Virus record (IMG/VR): IMGVR_UViG_3300023184_003179
Span: 24,587 to 88,586 of that record
Reading direction: 5' to 3' (one strand)
Length of the DNA: 64,000 nucleotides
Source of the DNA: a virus
Shown: piece after piece, positions 39,360 to 50,516 of the stretch
How positions within the stretch are numbered: position 1 is the first letter of the stretch
Layout of the letters: the number at the start of each line of letters is the position of its first letter
The notes under the pieces: generated by a model
The model's database searches: none
Told to the model about the DNA's origin: nothing
What the model saw: the letters and a program-made list of their open reading frames with translations, nothing else
Program-made: the position numbers and the translations under genes

Positions 39360-40964
39360 CTATTGAGACGCTCTACCTTCACCTTGTGGATTACGTCCAG
39401 ACACTGTAGTTGTTGAATCAGAATTGTTATTTGTTCGTTGTGCATCTCTTTGACGTGTACCCGCTAAATTTGCTCTAGCGTCAGTTGCTTGTCTTGGAGA
39501 CATAATAAATGGCTCATCGCCATCTGCTCTTTGTGGCAAATCTAACTTTTCACGAGCCTCATTTGGAGTCATAACCTGTGTCTTTACATATCTTTCAAGA
39601 ATCTGAGATTGTGCAATTTCGTCAGTTAAGGTTAATTCGTTAAACTTGAGTTCAAGAATATCTGTCTTTTCTTTAATAATTTTGTTGACAATTTTCTCAA
39701 GGTGTCTCTGTGCTGGACGAGATACCTGTTCTTTAAATGTACGATCTTGTGACAGTGCTGCTGCAACACCTCCAGAATCTGCGCCACCAAGTTTAGACAT
39801 TGGAACTTGATGAGCAATTAAAATATCATCACGGTTTTGCTTGCGATACTCTTTAAATGAACCATCCTGAATACCATTTTCAATTGGCTCCATTTTAAAC
39901 TCAACTTTGTTGGTATCAGTATCGCCTGGAAGTGGTATGTATAGAGTTCTGTGTGACTGAGCCTTTAGTCCAGTCTGCAGGAATCTAAACATTTTATCTT
40001 CTGCATCCCCTGAAAGTTTTGCCCCTTTAAGTGTTACAACATATCTTGGAACAGCCTTGTTTTCAAAGTAATCAATATTATACTGAGATGCAAGTTGATC
40101 TCCAACTAGAGATGGCATTGCTGCAATAATGTCTGGAATTCCATAAAATGTATTTAATGGAGAATATTCTTTAAGATGAATAATCTCGTTTGGACGTGGA
40201 TCTGTTCCCATTGGATTTGGGTTCTTTGCAGCAAAGTTTCTAAAGTAAACAACTTTTTGTCCAATAATTTGAACAAATCCATCACGAAGACGACGAACAC
40301 GAACAGTAGTTGCTGGAATATGACCAACATATCCAATTTCTCCAGTTACAGTTCTTCCTACTTCAATAAATCCATTGCCAGTAGCCTGAAGATCTGTGTA
40401 AACCTTTTCCATTGTTTTTGTAAAACTATCGTCATCATTAAGATTTTCTAGCCAGTCACGTAGTTCAATTTTCATTCTTTCAATGCGACGACGTGCACGA
40501 TCAACTGCTGCTTGGTCATCGTTGTTTTCAAAACGCAGCATAGTTCTATCTGTAACATCAAAGCGATATCCAAGACCAACAACATTTTCTACCTTGGCAT
40601 CAATTGCAGCATGGTTAGCAAAAGATGTGTCATAGAAGTTAGCCAACTCATACATATTATATGGTGGAGTAATTACATCAAATAGACCATATCCATTGCG
40701 ATATACAGTTCCAGGATTAATCTGTTTTGATCCAGAATCAACTCCTGATGGGGTTACATTTGCAGCATTTAAATATGCTTCATTACCTTCTGGGTTAACA
40801 TACTTTGACATGTTGCGAGTTGTTCTGCGACGGAAGTTTTGATCAAGACCAGCATAGTCTTTTAAATTTTCCCAAGATTTGTTAAATGGATCTTGTGATT
40901 TAAAAATATTTTCATCACGCTCTTGCGTGTTTAACCCTGCACGTACGTATTCTTGATCAGCCAT
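39360..40964 (-). CDS. Portal protein
   Basis: DLQATGNGFIEV, EIIHLK...YGIP, YFENKAVP, MTPNEAREKL. Confidence 0.92.
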   Translation of the reverse strand: MADQEYVRAGLNTQERDENIFKSQDPFNKSWENLKDYAGLDQNFRRRTTRNMSKYVNPEGNEAYLNAANVTPSGVDSGSKQINPGTVYRNGYGLFDVITPPYNMYELANFYDTSFANHAAIDAKVENVVGLGYRFDVTDRTMLRFENNDDQAAVDRARRRIERMKIELRDWLENLNDDDSFTKTMEKVYTDLQATGNGFIEVGRTVTGEIGYVGHIPATTVRVRRLRDGFVQIIGQKVVYFRNFAAKNPNPMGTDPRPNEIIHLKEYSPLNTFYGIPDIIAAMPSLVGDQLASQYNIDYFENKAVPRYVVTLKGAKLSGDAEDKMFRFLQTGLKAQSHRTLYIPLPGDTDTNKVEFKMEPIENGIQDGSFKEYRKQNRDDILIAHQVPMSKLGGADSGGVAAALSQDRTFKEQVSRPAQRHLEKIVNKIIKEKTDILELKFNELTLTDEIAQSQILERYVKTQVMTPNEAREKLDLPQRADGDEPFIMSPRQATDARANLAGTRQRDAQRTNNNSDSTTTVSGRNPQGEGRASQ

Positions 40965-41355
40965 TTTCGTATGAATCTCTTCCATGTTTGTCTAGTGTTT
41001 GTTGCGCTGCATGCCAGGCACCAAGGTCATTCATTGAAGGAATTAATCCAGCCTTTAGTCTTTCTTTTTGTTCTGAATATTCTTCTTCACTAATTCTATG
41101 TAGCCCTGGAACAAAAACCGCTTTACCTTCTCCATCATCACCATGCAATATTGCTGCGCTTCTAAGTTCAGAAATCTTTGAAAGATCTCCACGTTCAGCA
41201 GGGATGTTTAAAATTGAGCCTTCATCATCTGTAAACCACTTGCCGTTTGACTTCTTGTAAACATAAAGACCCCAGTCATAGTGCTTTTCAATAACCTTAC
41301 GACGAACATTTTTAACATACGGTTTACCAGTTTTTGGGTTTATTAGCGATTCCAT
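40957..41355 (-). CDS. Hypothetical protein upstream of portal
   Basis: Leaderless start 7 nt after TGCTATACT (41363-41371). Confidence 0.7.
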   Translation of the reverse strand: MESLINPKTGKPYVKNVRRKVIEKHYDWGLYVYKKSNGKWFTDDEGSILNIPAERGDLSKISELRSAAILHGDDGEGKAVFVPGLHRISEEEYSEQKERLKAGLIPSMNDLGAWHAAQQTLDKHGRDSYENG

Positions 41356-41373
41356 AGCCATAAGTATAGCAGA

Positions 41374-44300
41374 TTATACTGGTGTAGAGACAGTGGTTGA
41401 CCACTCTATCTCTGTATATACCTTTAATTTTTCAGGCTGATACGCTAACCCTTCTCCATCATCAACAATAATCTTGTTTGTTCCAATATATGTTTTATAT
41501 ATGTCTGTTGGATTAATCCCATAAAACTGAGATGATCCAATAACAAGCATCCCATCCCAGGTAAAGTTATTAAACCAAAACTGCCAGTCAAAGACCGTTA
41601 CTCCGTCTGTCAAAACCTTAAACCAAGGTCTGATTGTTCTACTTTCAACTTCCTGTAAACTACTTGCTTGATAGTAAGCAATATTATTAAAAATGGCTGG
41701 ACCAGTAATATTAATACTACCAAGATATGAATCAAAGTTTAGTGGAGTTAAAAATGAAATACCAATAGTTGACCATTCTTTTATAGATAATACTGGTTCT
41801 CTTACTAGGTTTCCATTTAAATAAAATGAAAGACCATTATACTCAAGTCCATTTTCATTTAATGCAAATATTTTTCCTCTATCTCCTATAGAACTATTAG
41901 CCTGTAAATAAAATTTTATTGACCCATTTTTATGGTTAATTTCAAATAGTTCTGTTGGTATTTGTGGAAAAGTGTCTTGATCGTATTTAGTCCATAATTG
42001 CATAGCACTTACTCTATAAGATGTTGATAGTTCTTTATTGATTGGTAAAGATAAACCACGGTTTTCTAATATATTTAATTCTCCACGAATCTCTATTCCA
42101 GAGTTTTTAGTTAAATATAAATATGGTGTACTTTCTTTATAAATGCTAAATGGATTTTTAGATTTATAACTATAATATATTCCATTTTTCTTATATGGAA
42201 CTAGATCTACTCCAAATCTTGTTCCAATTGTATTTAAAGAATTATCGTTTAATGCTTGAGATGCTAATTGTAGTCTATTTAATAAAATTGGTTTTGTTAG
42301 TATTCCACGACTATTAAACTCAAGGCTATAGACAATGGCAAGTTCATTAAAATCTACAGTTTTAATTGGATAAATTAAACTATTATTTAATACCTCAAAC
42401 CTTGTTGTTTCCCAATTTTCGTAATTAGACACATCAATAATTTTATATTCATTTGGTGTTTCTTGATTTACAAAATCAGTTGGTATATTTGCTCCATTAA
42501 TAAGATATTGAAATGTAACATAACTTTTTATTTGTGCGCCAGTTGTATCATAATACATTTGCATAGATCCAGAATCTTCCAACAATTCTGACGTAGTTGG
42601 ATATCCTAGATTAAATTGCAAAAAGTCTAGGTCGTAAAACTTTTCTCCCTGAGCATTTTCTACAAACTGCCCAAAATATGAAAGTGGCAAGTAGTCTTGC
42701 CAATATCCAGATACACCTATGTCAAGAAAATATTTTTGATATGCTTCTGATGGAAGCAGTGTATAACTTGCTGTGTGATCAATTAATTCTTGACCATTAT
42801 CAATTAATACTATTCCACTTGAGTTAAAATTATTTAAAATTTTAGAAGAGTTTAGTGCTGTTGATAAACCAAAAGAATATAACCTTCCTGTAAAACTATA
42901 GTCTCCAGACTCATCTCCAGCAACATACATTTTTAGAATATTTTGATTTCCAAAAAATGCAGGAACATTATTTCCAAAATTATCAATTAACGTTTTTATA
43001 TTAAAACCTATAGAAAAAAGAGTATTTGATGAAATTGGATCAGATGTAAATAGAAGTTCAGAAGTTCCGTTATAAGTAAGTGAATATTTAATTTCATCAG
43101 CATCTTTAACTATTGTAAAGTAATCACTATTTAGTGGATTATATATTTTTACTAAAATTTCTTCTGATGATAAATTATGTGAACTAAATACAGCATAAAA
43201 ACTTTCAACCTGGCTAGACAGTATATTGAGTCTTGGGAAATTAATATATGAATCTACTGAATTCCAAGTGTTGTTTGGTCTAAATGATAAAAATTTATTA
43301 TCAATAACTGGTCCAGACTCGTTATCTTGTATTAGTTGATTATCATCATACAGTTCTTTTAATGTTTTTGTTCCAATAAATATTTCTGGTAATGAGTATT
43401 CTGGAGTTCTTAAACTTGTTTGAGTAGTTGATAGATTATCAAAACTTCCTTGATCCCATTTTGCAAAATCTGGATAGTTATAATTTGCTGTATAGTTTGC
43501 AAAAGGATAGTCTATAAATGCTGTTGTTCCACTATATGCAGAGTTGATTCCTTCTGGAGAAATAACACCTTGTCCATATACCCACCTACGTTTTGCTACG
43601 GTCACTGGAACATGATAAGAATAAATGGCTACACAGTCAAGTTCAAATGGATAGATATTTGCATAAGCATAAAAACCTAACCAGTCTTGATTGTCTCCAA
43701 AAGCATCAAGTTCGTCTGGTAAATTTAGATTAGCAGTATTTAGTGATAAAGAAAAAACTTCTTCGCCATTTACTAATAGTGAGGCTGAATTTCTAATTAA
43801 ACGAATATGGATAAGCATTGGCCTAAACCATTCACCAACAAAATGAGATGCAAATTGATCTCCAATAACTAATGTTAAAAATCCAGATTCAATATATAAA
43901 CCATCATCAGAAGATATAGGTCCAAAAATTTTTAATGGCATTGATGTATTTGCATTTATTCTTGCCCAAAACTCTATCGTGTAGTCGTTATACTGTCCTT
44001 TTTTATTTAAGAATCCTTTACCTGGAATTATTAATGATGCCCCTTGATTTGGCTCCAACTTAGTTACTCCACTAGCCCCATAAACTAATGGAATGCCAGA
44101 ATTTTTACACTTAAGTCCATTATTAGCAATGTAATAAGCAGTATCTTCTGCTATGCCATATGCTTGTGCTTCTACTGCACTTGAACCACCATATAAACTT
44201 ACAGACCCTGGAACTGTTATTGGCATAATTCCTAAAGAAGATGTATTAAACTCTTCATTTAGTTGCCCTATAGTTATTCCATTAAAATAAAACTCATTAT

Positions 44301-44838
44301 CTTCTATTCCATTAGATCCTTCAATAATTTTTATTTTTATAAGTATTCTTAATTGTGCATTAATATTAGGTATCTCAAAAGTTTCAGAAATAAATCCCCA
44401 GTTTTGATATAAAGAGTTAGTAAAAGTTTTTAAATTTTGAACAACTTCAGATGTATCTGGATCTGTATATTCATAGCCAATAGAAACTGTTTGTAAAAAT
44501 ATACTATTAGAATAAAAATATGTTCCAACGCAAAAAGTTCCAAGTTCTTGTTTTAAGTCTTGGAAGTTTATTAAGTCTGGACTCCAAAGAGAAATTTCTG
44601 AAGATGGACCAATTGGCACATCGCCATAGATTAATGTAGTATAACTGTTTTGAAATGGTGCATCGGCTGGTGTTGCCATTGGAGTACTTCCTCCATTGGT
44701 GCCGTTCCACAACAAACCAATATTTCTTTGTTCTTCAGTTATTAAACTTTTATAGTCAACTTTATCGTCTAATGCCCATAGAACAACTGGGTGTTCTGAA
44801 TATATCTTTTCTGCATATAAATTTGATGGATTAGACAT
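41374..44838 (-). CDS. Large virion protein with LamG/concanavalin-like domains
   Basis: HPVVLWALDD, YTIEFW, SLLVNGEEV, LDCVAIY; SD GGAGA; TGCTATAAT at 44856-44864. Confidence 0.7.
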   Translation of the reverse strand: MSNPSNLYAEKIYSEHPVVLWALDDKVDYKSLITEEQRNIGLLWNGTNGGSTPMATPADAPFQNSYTTLIYGDVPIGPSSEISLWSPDLINFQDLKQELGTFCVGTYFYSNSIFLQTVSIGYEYTDPDTSEVVQNLKTFTNSLYQNWGFISETFEIPNINAQLRILIKIKIIEGSNGIEDNEFYFNGITIGQLNEEFNTSSLGIMPITVPGSVSLYGGSSAVEAQAYGIAEDTAYYIANNGLKCKNSGIPLVYGASGVTKLEPNQGASLIIPGKGFLNKKGQYNDYTIEFWARINANTSMPLKIFGPISSDDGLYIESGFLTLVIGDQFASHFVGEWFRPMLIHIRLIRNSASLLVNGEEVFSLSLNTANLNLPDELDAFGDNQDWLGFYAYANIYPFELDCVAIYSYHVPVTVAKRRWVYGQGVISPEGINSAYSGTTAFIDYPFANYTANYNYPDFAKWDQGSFDNLSTTQTSLRTPEYSLPEIFIGTKTLKELYDDNQLIQDNESGPVIDNKFLSFRPNNTWNSVDSYINFPRLNILSSQVESFYAVFSSHNLSSEEILVKIYNPLNSDYFTIVKDADEIKYSLTYNGTSELLFTSDPISSNTLFSIGFNIKTLIDNFGNNVPAFFGNQNILKMYVAGDESGDYSFTGRLYSFGLSTALNSSKILNNFNSSGIVLIDNGQELIDHTASYTLLPSEAYQKYFLDIGVSGYWQDYLPLSYFGQFVENAQGEKFYDLDFLQFNLGYPTTSELLEDSGSMQMYYDTTGAQIKSYVTFQYLINGANIPTDFVNQETPNEYKIIDVSNYENWETTRFEVLNNSLIYPIKTVDFNELAIVYSLEFNSRGILTKPILLNRLQLASQALNDNSLNTIGTRFGVDLVPYKKNGIYYSYKSKNPFSIYKESTPYLYLTKNSGIEIRGELNILENRGLSLPINKELSTSYRVSAMQLWTKYDQDTFPQIPTELFEINHKNGSIKFYLQANSSIGDRGKIFALNENGLEYNGLSFYLNGNLVREPVLSIKEWSTIGISFLTPLNFDSYLGSINITGPAIFNNIAYYQASSLQEVESRTIRPWFKVLTDGVTVFDWQFWFNNFTWDGMLVIGSSQFYGINPTDIYKTYIGTNKIIVDDGEGLAYQPEKLKVYTEIEWSTTVSTPV

Positions 44839-44873
44839 TTTTCTCCTATTCCCCTATTATAGCAGGGTAAGGA

Positions 44874-46907
44874 TTAATAAAGTTTAATCTCACAAGCATC
44901 TGTAGAGCAATACTTTTCAGATTCTGCGTCTAAATTATCTTTACCATCGTATATTGCAGACCAGTCAATCTTACCAATTGTTCCAACATAGGCGTTATAT
45001 TCTTCTCTTGTGATCTCTGTATATGGCTGTTGAGGATATGTTTTATTTCCCATTGGAAGAAATGATACTGCCTTTAACTGACCTTCATACATATTAAGTG
45101 CTGGAGCAACAAACTTTGTTTCCTCTTCCTTGTCAAATGATAATGTTACGGAAACACCATTATCTGACCAGTACTTCTGAGCAGTTGCTGCCAAACCAAT
45201 TTTTTCAAATAGACTTACTTGTTTTTCAGAACGCTTATGTCCTGATGCAACTGGGAAATAAACTACTGATGTATTTGCTGATACTAGGTCATCTTCAATT
45301 TTATACCCTGCTGCTTTAAATAAATGAAGCATTGGATCTGTATTGCCAAAACGAATAGCACGAAGATAAAACTCTCCTCCAGGTCCCCAGTGAACTCCAG
45401 GAGTTGCACCAGAAAGAAGTGACACAGAACCTGATGGCTTAACAGTAGTTACACGAACTGATTCACGAACACAAAGCCATTCTGAATATGAATGATCATA
45501 TTTACGAATTGTATTATATCCTTCGTCCATCCATTCACGAATAACTGGAAGACCATGTTCATCTGCAAATGCTGCAATGCCTGTAAGAGATGTTCCAATA
45601 CGACGATTGCGTTGCATAATTCCATTTGTCTGTTGCCAGTGTGTTGGCATTAAAGTTACAGTCTTTCCATATAGATATGCAAACTTTAATGTCTTTAAAA
45701 AATCTTCTTTTGATTCATGACGGTTAAGGTGTACTTCAACTAACGTACATAATTCGTATGATTCTAATGGTTGTTCTGCACAAGGATTAAATCCCATAAT
45801 GCGTGAGTCTTTGTAATCTGGAGCATCTGCAAGACGACCATAACTACGAGCAACATCTAACCAGATAAATCCTGGCTCTCCGTTATCTGCAATTAAATCT
45901 ACATAATCTTCATACTTAGTTCCAACCTCAGCAGAAATAGAGTTGTTAGACATCCATGCCCAACCTGGTTTTTCTGGATCGTATGAGTTACGTTCTGGAA
46001 ATACTTCTGGATTTTTTAAGTTAATAAATGTTTCATCACCTGGTGCTCCAAGAGCAAGAGTGGCAGAACGACGAACATTTCCAGAAACAACACATGTGCC
46101 AATAAGATTAACAATATCTACAATTGCACGAGAGTCAAGTGTTTCTCCTGCTCTAGAACCAATGACATTACGAATTCGTATATGGAGATCCATAAGTGGC
46201 TGTAGACCGCTTGCAACACCTCCAAACCCCTTAATTGGGGCACCTAGAGGTCTGATTAAACTATAGTCAAACTCTTGAATAGATTGATTTTGACGTAAAA
46301 ATGAGTTTAGAAGATATCTAACAGATTCAACCCATCCTTCACGAGTATCTGGAATTTCATAAGTAATTGATGGCTCAGTAGGTGCATAAATAGGTAAATT
46401 TTTATCATTTCCAACGGTATCAAACCCAACACCAATACCCAACATTAATGCATCCATTACCCATGCAAATAAAGCACCTGGATCATTACGATCAATGTCA
46501 CGAGTAGATACCATTGCACAATTTTGAAGGGATGCTGAATTGCGCTTTTCCATAGTCATGGGTGTACCAAATGCCCAAAGACCACGACCTGGTGGAGTCC
46601 ACTTTAGTTCAAACATTCTTTGAAAGGCTTCTTGTGCAGACTTTTGAGCCTTATTATCATTCCATGGTAGACGATTATCTTTAGCATGATTTTTTTGTAC
46701 TGAATACATACCTTCAATTACACGACGACAAACTTCGTGCCAGCGTTCTTTTGTTCCATTTTCTTTTATACGAGAATATGTGCGAATAAACGTAATCTCT
46801 CCCAAAGAGTTAGATCCTGCATCAGAAAAACCAAATGGGGCAGGAACTCCTGAATATTTTGTTACAAAATCTTCTGATAAACGAAAAGAAAAAACACTGT
46901 CAGACAT
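44874..46907 (-). CDS. nrdJ: Class II (adenosylcobalamin-dependent) ribonucleoside-triphosphate reductase
   Basis: RTYSR, PPGRGLW, LQNC, GVGFD, VRRSA, NPCAEQ, CTLVE, VKPSGSVS and C-terminal CSTDAC redox pair. Confidence 0.93.
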   Translation of the reverse strand: MSDSVFSFRLSEDFVTKYSGVPAPFGFSDAGSNSLGEITFIRTYSRIKENGTKERWHEVCRRVIEGMYSVQKNHAKDNRLPWNDNKAQKSAQEAFQRMFELKWTPPGRGLWAFGTPMTMEKRNSASLQNCAMVSTRDIDRNDPGALFAWVMDALMLGIGVGFDTVGNDKNLPIYAPTEPSITYEIPDTREGWVESVRYLLNSFLRQNQSIQEFDYSLIRPLGAPIKGFGGVASGLQPLMDLHIRIRNVIGSRAGETLDSRAIVDIVNLIGTCVVSGNVRRSATLALGAPGDETFINLKNPEVFPERNSYDPEKPGWAWMSNNSISAEVGTKYEDYVDLIADNGEPGFIWLDVARSYGRLADAPDYKDSRIMGFNPCAEQPLESYELCTLVEVHLNRHESKEDFLKTLKFAYLYGKTVTLMPTHWQQTNGIMQRNRRIGTSLTGIAAFADEHGLPVIREWMDEGYNTIRKYDHSYSEWLCVRESVRVTTVKPSGSVSLLSGATPGVHWGPGGEFYLRAIRFGNTDPMLHLFKAAGYKIEDDLVSANTSVVYFPVASGHKRSEKQVSLFEKIGLAATAQKYWSDNGVSVTLSFDKEEETKFVAPALNMYEGQLKAVSFLPMGNKTYPQQPYTEITREEYNAYVGTIGKIDWSAIYDGKDNLDAESEKYCSTDACEIKLY

Positions 46908-46940
46908 AGAATTTAACAACCTCTCAAATAAAAATAATGA

Positions 46941-46979
46941 AGTACTTTATGTTTTGCAAAGTACTGTCTTATTGTAGCA
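46941..46979 (-). promoter_or_regulatory. nrdJ promoter (TGCTACAAT) with 5' inverted repeat
   Basis: Extended -10 at 46971-46979; AGTACTTT...AAAGTACT at 46941-46965. Confidence 0.5.
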
Positions 46980-47014
46980 CAAAATTTTTAAATAAAAAAA
47001 GTCATAATAAGCAC

Positions 47015-47045
47015 AAAACACCAACTATAAATGTATAGTTGATGT
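47015..47045 (-). terminator. Terminator after the long fibre gene
   Basis: ACATCAACTATA-CATT-TATAGTTGGTGT followed by TTT. Confidence 0.65.
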
Positions 47046-47072
47046 TAAGTACTTTTGTTTTATAAAAGTTAT

Positions 47073-49994
47073 TTATGCACCAATTAGCATGAACTCGCTA
47101 AATGCTGCTCCACCTGATGCAGCAGTTGCCCATTGAACACCAGTTCCAGTTGATTGCAAAACTTGACCAGATGTTCCTACTGAAGAATTTGCAGTAAGTG
47201 TTCCAGTAAGTGTAAGACCAGAAATTGTTGGGCTTGTTGCAAGAACATTAGATCCAGTACCAGTTATGGCATTAAATCCAACATATTCTGCATCCCAAGA
47301 AGCAGCAGTTGTTCCAGAAGAAAGTATTGAAGTAACCTTGATACTTGTTCCAGAAGGAATAGTAGCAATTGTATTAAGACCAGAAGACTGGACTGTTACT
47401 AGACCTGTGCTATTATTTTCAATAATATATCTAGTTCCAAGTGTCATTGTACTGGCAACTGGCATTACTACTGTTTGAGTAGTTGTACCAGTAAAGAGTT
47501 GTTGATTGTTGCTAGAGTTAGTAAGAGTAGTTGTACCAGCAGCAGTTGCTGTGGTTGTATATCCTAATTTAAAGTTATCAATTACTGGAAGAGATAGTGT
47601 AGGAGAAGTTGCAAACACTAATGATCCAGTACCAGTTTCATCAGATATAACTCCTGCAAGTTCTGAAGAAGAAGTTGCTGCAAATACTGAAAGTTTATCT
47701 GTTGTTACAGTTAAAGTTTTGCTTGTAGGAATAGTAGTTGAGTTAATAGTTAATCCAGCAATATTTGTAACTGTTGATCCAGATTCTATTGATGTTGAAC
47801 CAAGTGTTGGTGCTGAATATCCTGAAACTGTACCCCAAGAAAGAGTTCCAGATCCATCTGTTGTAAGATATTTTCCTGAGTTAGTTGCTTGTGCTGGAAG
47901 AAGTGCTGCTGCTGCTGTTGAGGCAGTAGTTGCTCCAGTACCACCATTTGCAATTGCAATAGTTGTACCAGTCCATGTACCAGAAGTAATTGTTCCTAAA
48001 GATGTAAGTGAAGATCCTGTAACTCCAGAACCAAGGGTTGATCCTGAAAGTACTGTTGTTCCATTAATCTCATAAACTTTGCCAGTTAGAAGATTCATAT
48101 TTTCTGATGAAGTCCAAGCATCTGTAGCATCTACCCAATTAAGAGTTTTATCAGTTGCACCCTTTAATGTTATACCGCCACCATCTGCTGTTACGTCTGT
48201 TGGTGATTCAATGTCTCCAAGTACAACATTCTTATCATCTACTGAAAGAGTAGTTGAGTTAATTGTTGTTGTAGTTCCATTTACTGTCAAATCTCCAGAA
48301 AGTGTAAGTGCTGCTGCTGAAACCGTACCAGTAAATGTTGGTGAGGCAATTGGAGCATAAGTTGTTGCAGCAGTTGCTGAAGCAAGTTTAGCATCTAGTG
48401 CTGTCTGTGTAGCAGTTGAAATAGGTTTTGCTGAATCTGCAGTATTATCTACTGATCCAAGGCCAACCATAGATTTAGTAACACCTGAAACTGTGCCAGT
48501 AAACGTAGGTGATGCTGTTGGTGCTTTAGCATCTATCTGAGTCTGAATTGCAGATGTTACTCCATCTAAATATCCAATTTCAGTATCTGAAACTCCAGTT
48601 ACTCTTAGTTGAATATTTGTTGTGTCTACTGTAATTGTATTGGTAGCGTCATTATATGTTAATCCAGTGCCTAACATTCCTCCAACTGCATCTTGTGCTG
48701 CTTCTGTAAAATCTGAAATTGTTGAGGCTGTTTGTGAGCCTGTGTGGTTTGCACGAGCAAGTGGGTCTGTTGCTAACTTAGATAAAGCAATTGCTGCTGA
48801 TGCATTAATGTCTTCATTCAAGATAGTTCCATTAGCAATCTTAGCAGAAGTAATTGCTGAATCTGCAATATCTGCTGTAGCAATAGTTCCATCTAGAATC
48901 ATTGTAGATGTAACAGTTCCTGATGGTAGTGTTACAGTACCTGTAAATGTTGGGGAAGCAAGAGGAGCCTTAAGGTCAAGGGCAGTTTGTGTTGCAGTAG
49001 ATACTGGCTTGTTGGCATCAGTTGTATTATCAACATTTGCTAAACCAACATCAGATTTTGTAATTCCAGTTGGTGTATTAATTACTGGAGACGTTAAAGT
49101 TTTATTTGTAAGGGTTTGTGTGTTTGTAGTTCCTACAACTGCACCTGTTGCTCCATGGGCCTCTGTAAGATTTCCATGTGTTGTAACATCTGATGTTAGT
49201 GCTACTGTTCCAGTTGTATCAGGGAATGTAATTGTTCTATCTGCAGTTGGATCAACTACAGTAAGTGTAGTTTCAAATGCATCAGCAGTAGTGCCTTCAA
49301 AAATTATTTGATTATTAACATTAATTGCATTACTATTAACTGTTGTTGTTGTTCCATTTACTGTTAAATTTCCAGAAAGTGTTAGATCTGCTGCATTTAC
49401 TGTACCTGTAAATGTAGGGGATGCAAGTGGTGCGTAAGTTGTAGATGCTGTTGAAGAAGCAAGTTTGGTATCAATTTGTGTTTGAATTGATGAAGTTACA
49501 CCATTTAGGTATCCAATTTCAGTATCTGAAACATCTGTAACACGAGCCTGAATTGCTGTTGTATCTACTGCTAAAGTTAATGTATTTGCTGCATCATTAT
49601 AAGTTTTTGTTATACCAGTTCCTGCAGTTAATGCATCATTAATTGCATCTTGTGATAGTTCTGCAATATCAGATGTTAAAGCAATTGTACCAGTAGCATT
49701 TGGAAGGGTGATTGTTCTGTCTGCAGTTGGATCTGTTACCTGAAGTGTAGTTTCATAAGAGTCTGCGGTAGCGCCTTCAAAAACAATGCTTGTACCAAAA
49801 GAAGGATTAACTGTAGAATTAGCATCAATAAAGTAGTCAAGGTCTATCCAGTGATTTGTACCATCACCAATCTTAAATTTATTAGTGTCTGACTCAAAAC
49901 CAATTTCACCAGCACTAAGAATTGGGCCACTGCCAGAGTTAGTAGATATCCACTGACTAGCAGTACCTCTACGCTGTTGCATTCTTGTTGCCAT
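47073..49994 (-). CDS. Long tail fibre / appendage protein with Mtd_N (hyaluronidase-N)-like domain
   Basis: RRGTASQW...AGEIGFESDTNKFKIGDG; Thr/Ser/Ala-rich internal repeats. TGATATAAT at 50023-50031. Confidence 0.8.
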   Translation of the reverse strand: MATRMQQRRGTASQWISTNSGSGPILSAGEIGFESDTNKFKIGDGTNHWIDLDYFIDANSTVNPSFGTSIVFEGATADSYETTLQVTDPTADRTITLPNATGTIALTSDIAELSQDAINDALTAGTGITKTYNDAANTLTLAVDTTAIQARVTDVSDTEIGYLNGVTSSIQTQIDTKLASSTASTTYAPLASPTFTGTVNAADLTLSGNLTVNGTTTTVNSNAINVNNQIIFEGTTADAFETTLTVVDPTADRTITFPDTTGTVALTSDVTTHGNLTEAHGATGAVVGTTNTQTLTNKTLTSPVINTPTGITKSDVGLANVDNTTDANKPVSTATQTALDLKAPLASPTFTGTVTLPSGTVTSTMILDGTIATADIADSAITSAKIANGTILNEDINASAAIALSKLATDPLARANHTGSQTASTISDFTEAAQDAVGGMLGTGLTYNDATNTITVDTTNIQLRVTGVSDTEIGYLDGVTSAIQTQIDAKAPTASPTFTGTVSGVTKSMVGLGSVDNTADSAKPISTATQTALDAKLASATAATTYAPIASPTFTGTVSAAALTLSGDLTVNGTTTTINSTTLSVDDKNVVLGDIESPTDVTADGGGITLKGATDKTLNWVDATDAWTSSENMNLLTGKVYEINGTTVLSGSTLGSGVTGSSLTSLGTITSGTWTGTTIAIANGGTGATTASTAAAALLPAQATNSGKYLTTDGSGTLSWGTVSGYSAPTLGSTSIESGSTVTNIAGLTINSTTIPTSKTLTVTTDKLSVFAATSSSELAGVISDETGTGSLVFATSPTLSLPVIDNFKLGYTTTATAAGTTTLTNSSNNQQLFTGTTTQTVVMPVASTMTLGTRYIIENNSTGLVTVQSSGLNTIATIPSGTSIKVTSILSSGTTAASWDAEYVGFNAITGTGSNVLATSPTISGLTLTGTLTANSSVGTSGQVLQSTGTGVQWATAASGGAAFSEFMLIGA

Positions 49995-50036
49995 TTATAG
50001 TCTCCTCTTAGGTTTTAATAACATTATATCAGGTAA

Positions 50037-50498
50037 TTAGTTAAAATTATCTATTGCTACTCCACCATTCCAGGTCATAGCCCATGAATTGAAATCATAG
50101 TAGCCTGCGTCCTGATCTGATGTAAACTGTGTATCATAAAATCCACCATCTTGATAAACACTAACAACTATTCCAGTTCCATCAATTGCTGTATCATGGA
50201 TATGTTGTTTTATGTCATATGAATCTGTTAATGTTGCAAATTCAACCCACGCTGAATTTATATAAATATTTAATCTGCCTGTGTCTGAATCTACATATGA
50301 TTGTCCTGCAACAGGAGATGCTGGAGCACTAGATGATGTAGAAAACTTGAAATTACTTAATGAAGTATCTACATATAATTTTGTTGTTGCATGTGTGTCT
50401 TGAGTAGGAGTGGCAACTGTAACAGTTCCTCCAAAAGTACCGCCTTGGGTTACATCTAGCCCATGCTTTACTTTAAAATCTCTGTTAGTAGTTGCCAC
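50037..50498 (-). CDS. Small fibre-associated virion protein
   Basis: N-terminus MATTNRDFKVKHGL shared with the next gene; HATTKLYVD and APASPVAGQSYVDS motifs. Confidence 0.65.
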   Translation of the reverse strand: MATTNRDFKVKHGLDVTQGGTFGGTVTVATPTQDTHATTKLYVDTSLSNFKFSTSSSAPASPVAGQSYVDSDTGRLNIYINSAWVEFATLTDSYDIKQHIHDTAIDGTGIVVSVYQDGGFYDTQFTSDQDAGYYDFNSWAMTWNGGVAIDNFN

Positions 50499-50516
50499 TT
50501 CCGACCTCTATTCTAA

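Noticed and set aside
2724-46907. Inteins or introns in terL, recA, dnaE, dnaB, nrdJ
   Set aside because: Lengths are normal, motifs are contiguous, and I saw no splice-junction or homing-endonuclease motifs.
47073-49994. Diversity-generating retroelement suggested by the Mtd_N-like domain
   Set aside because: No reverse transcriptase and no TR/VR pair with adenine-specific differences; the repeats differ at synonymous positions.
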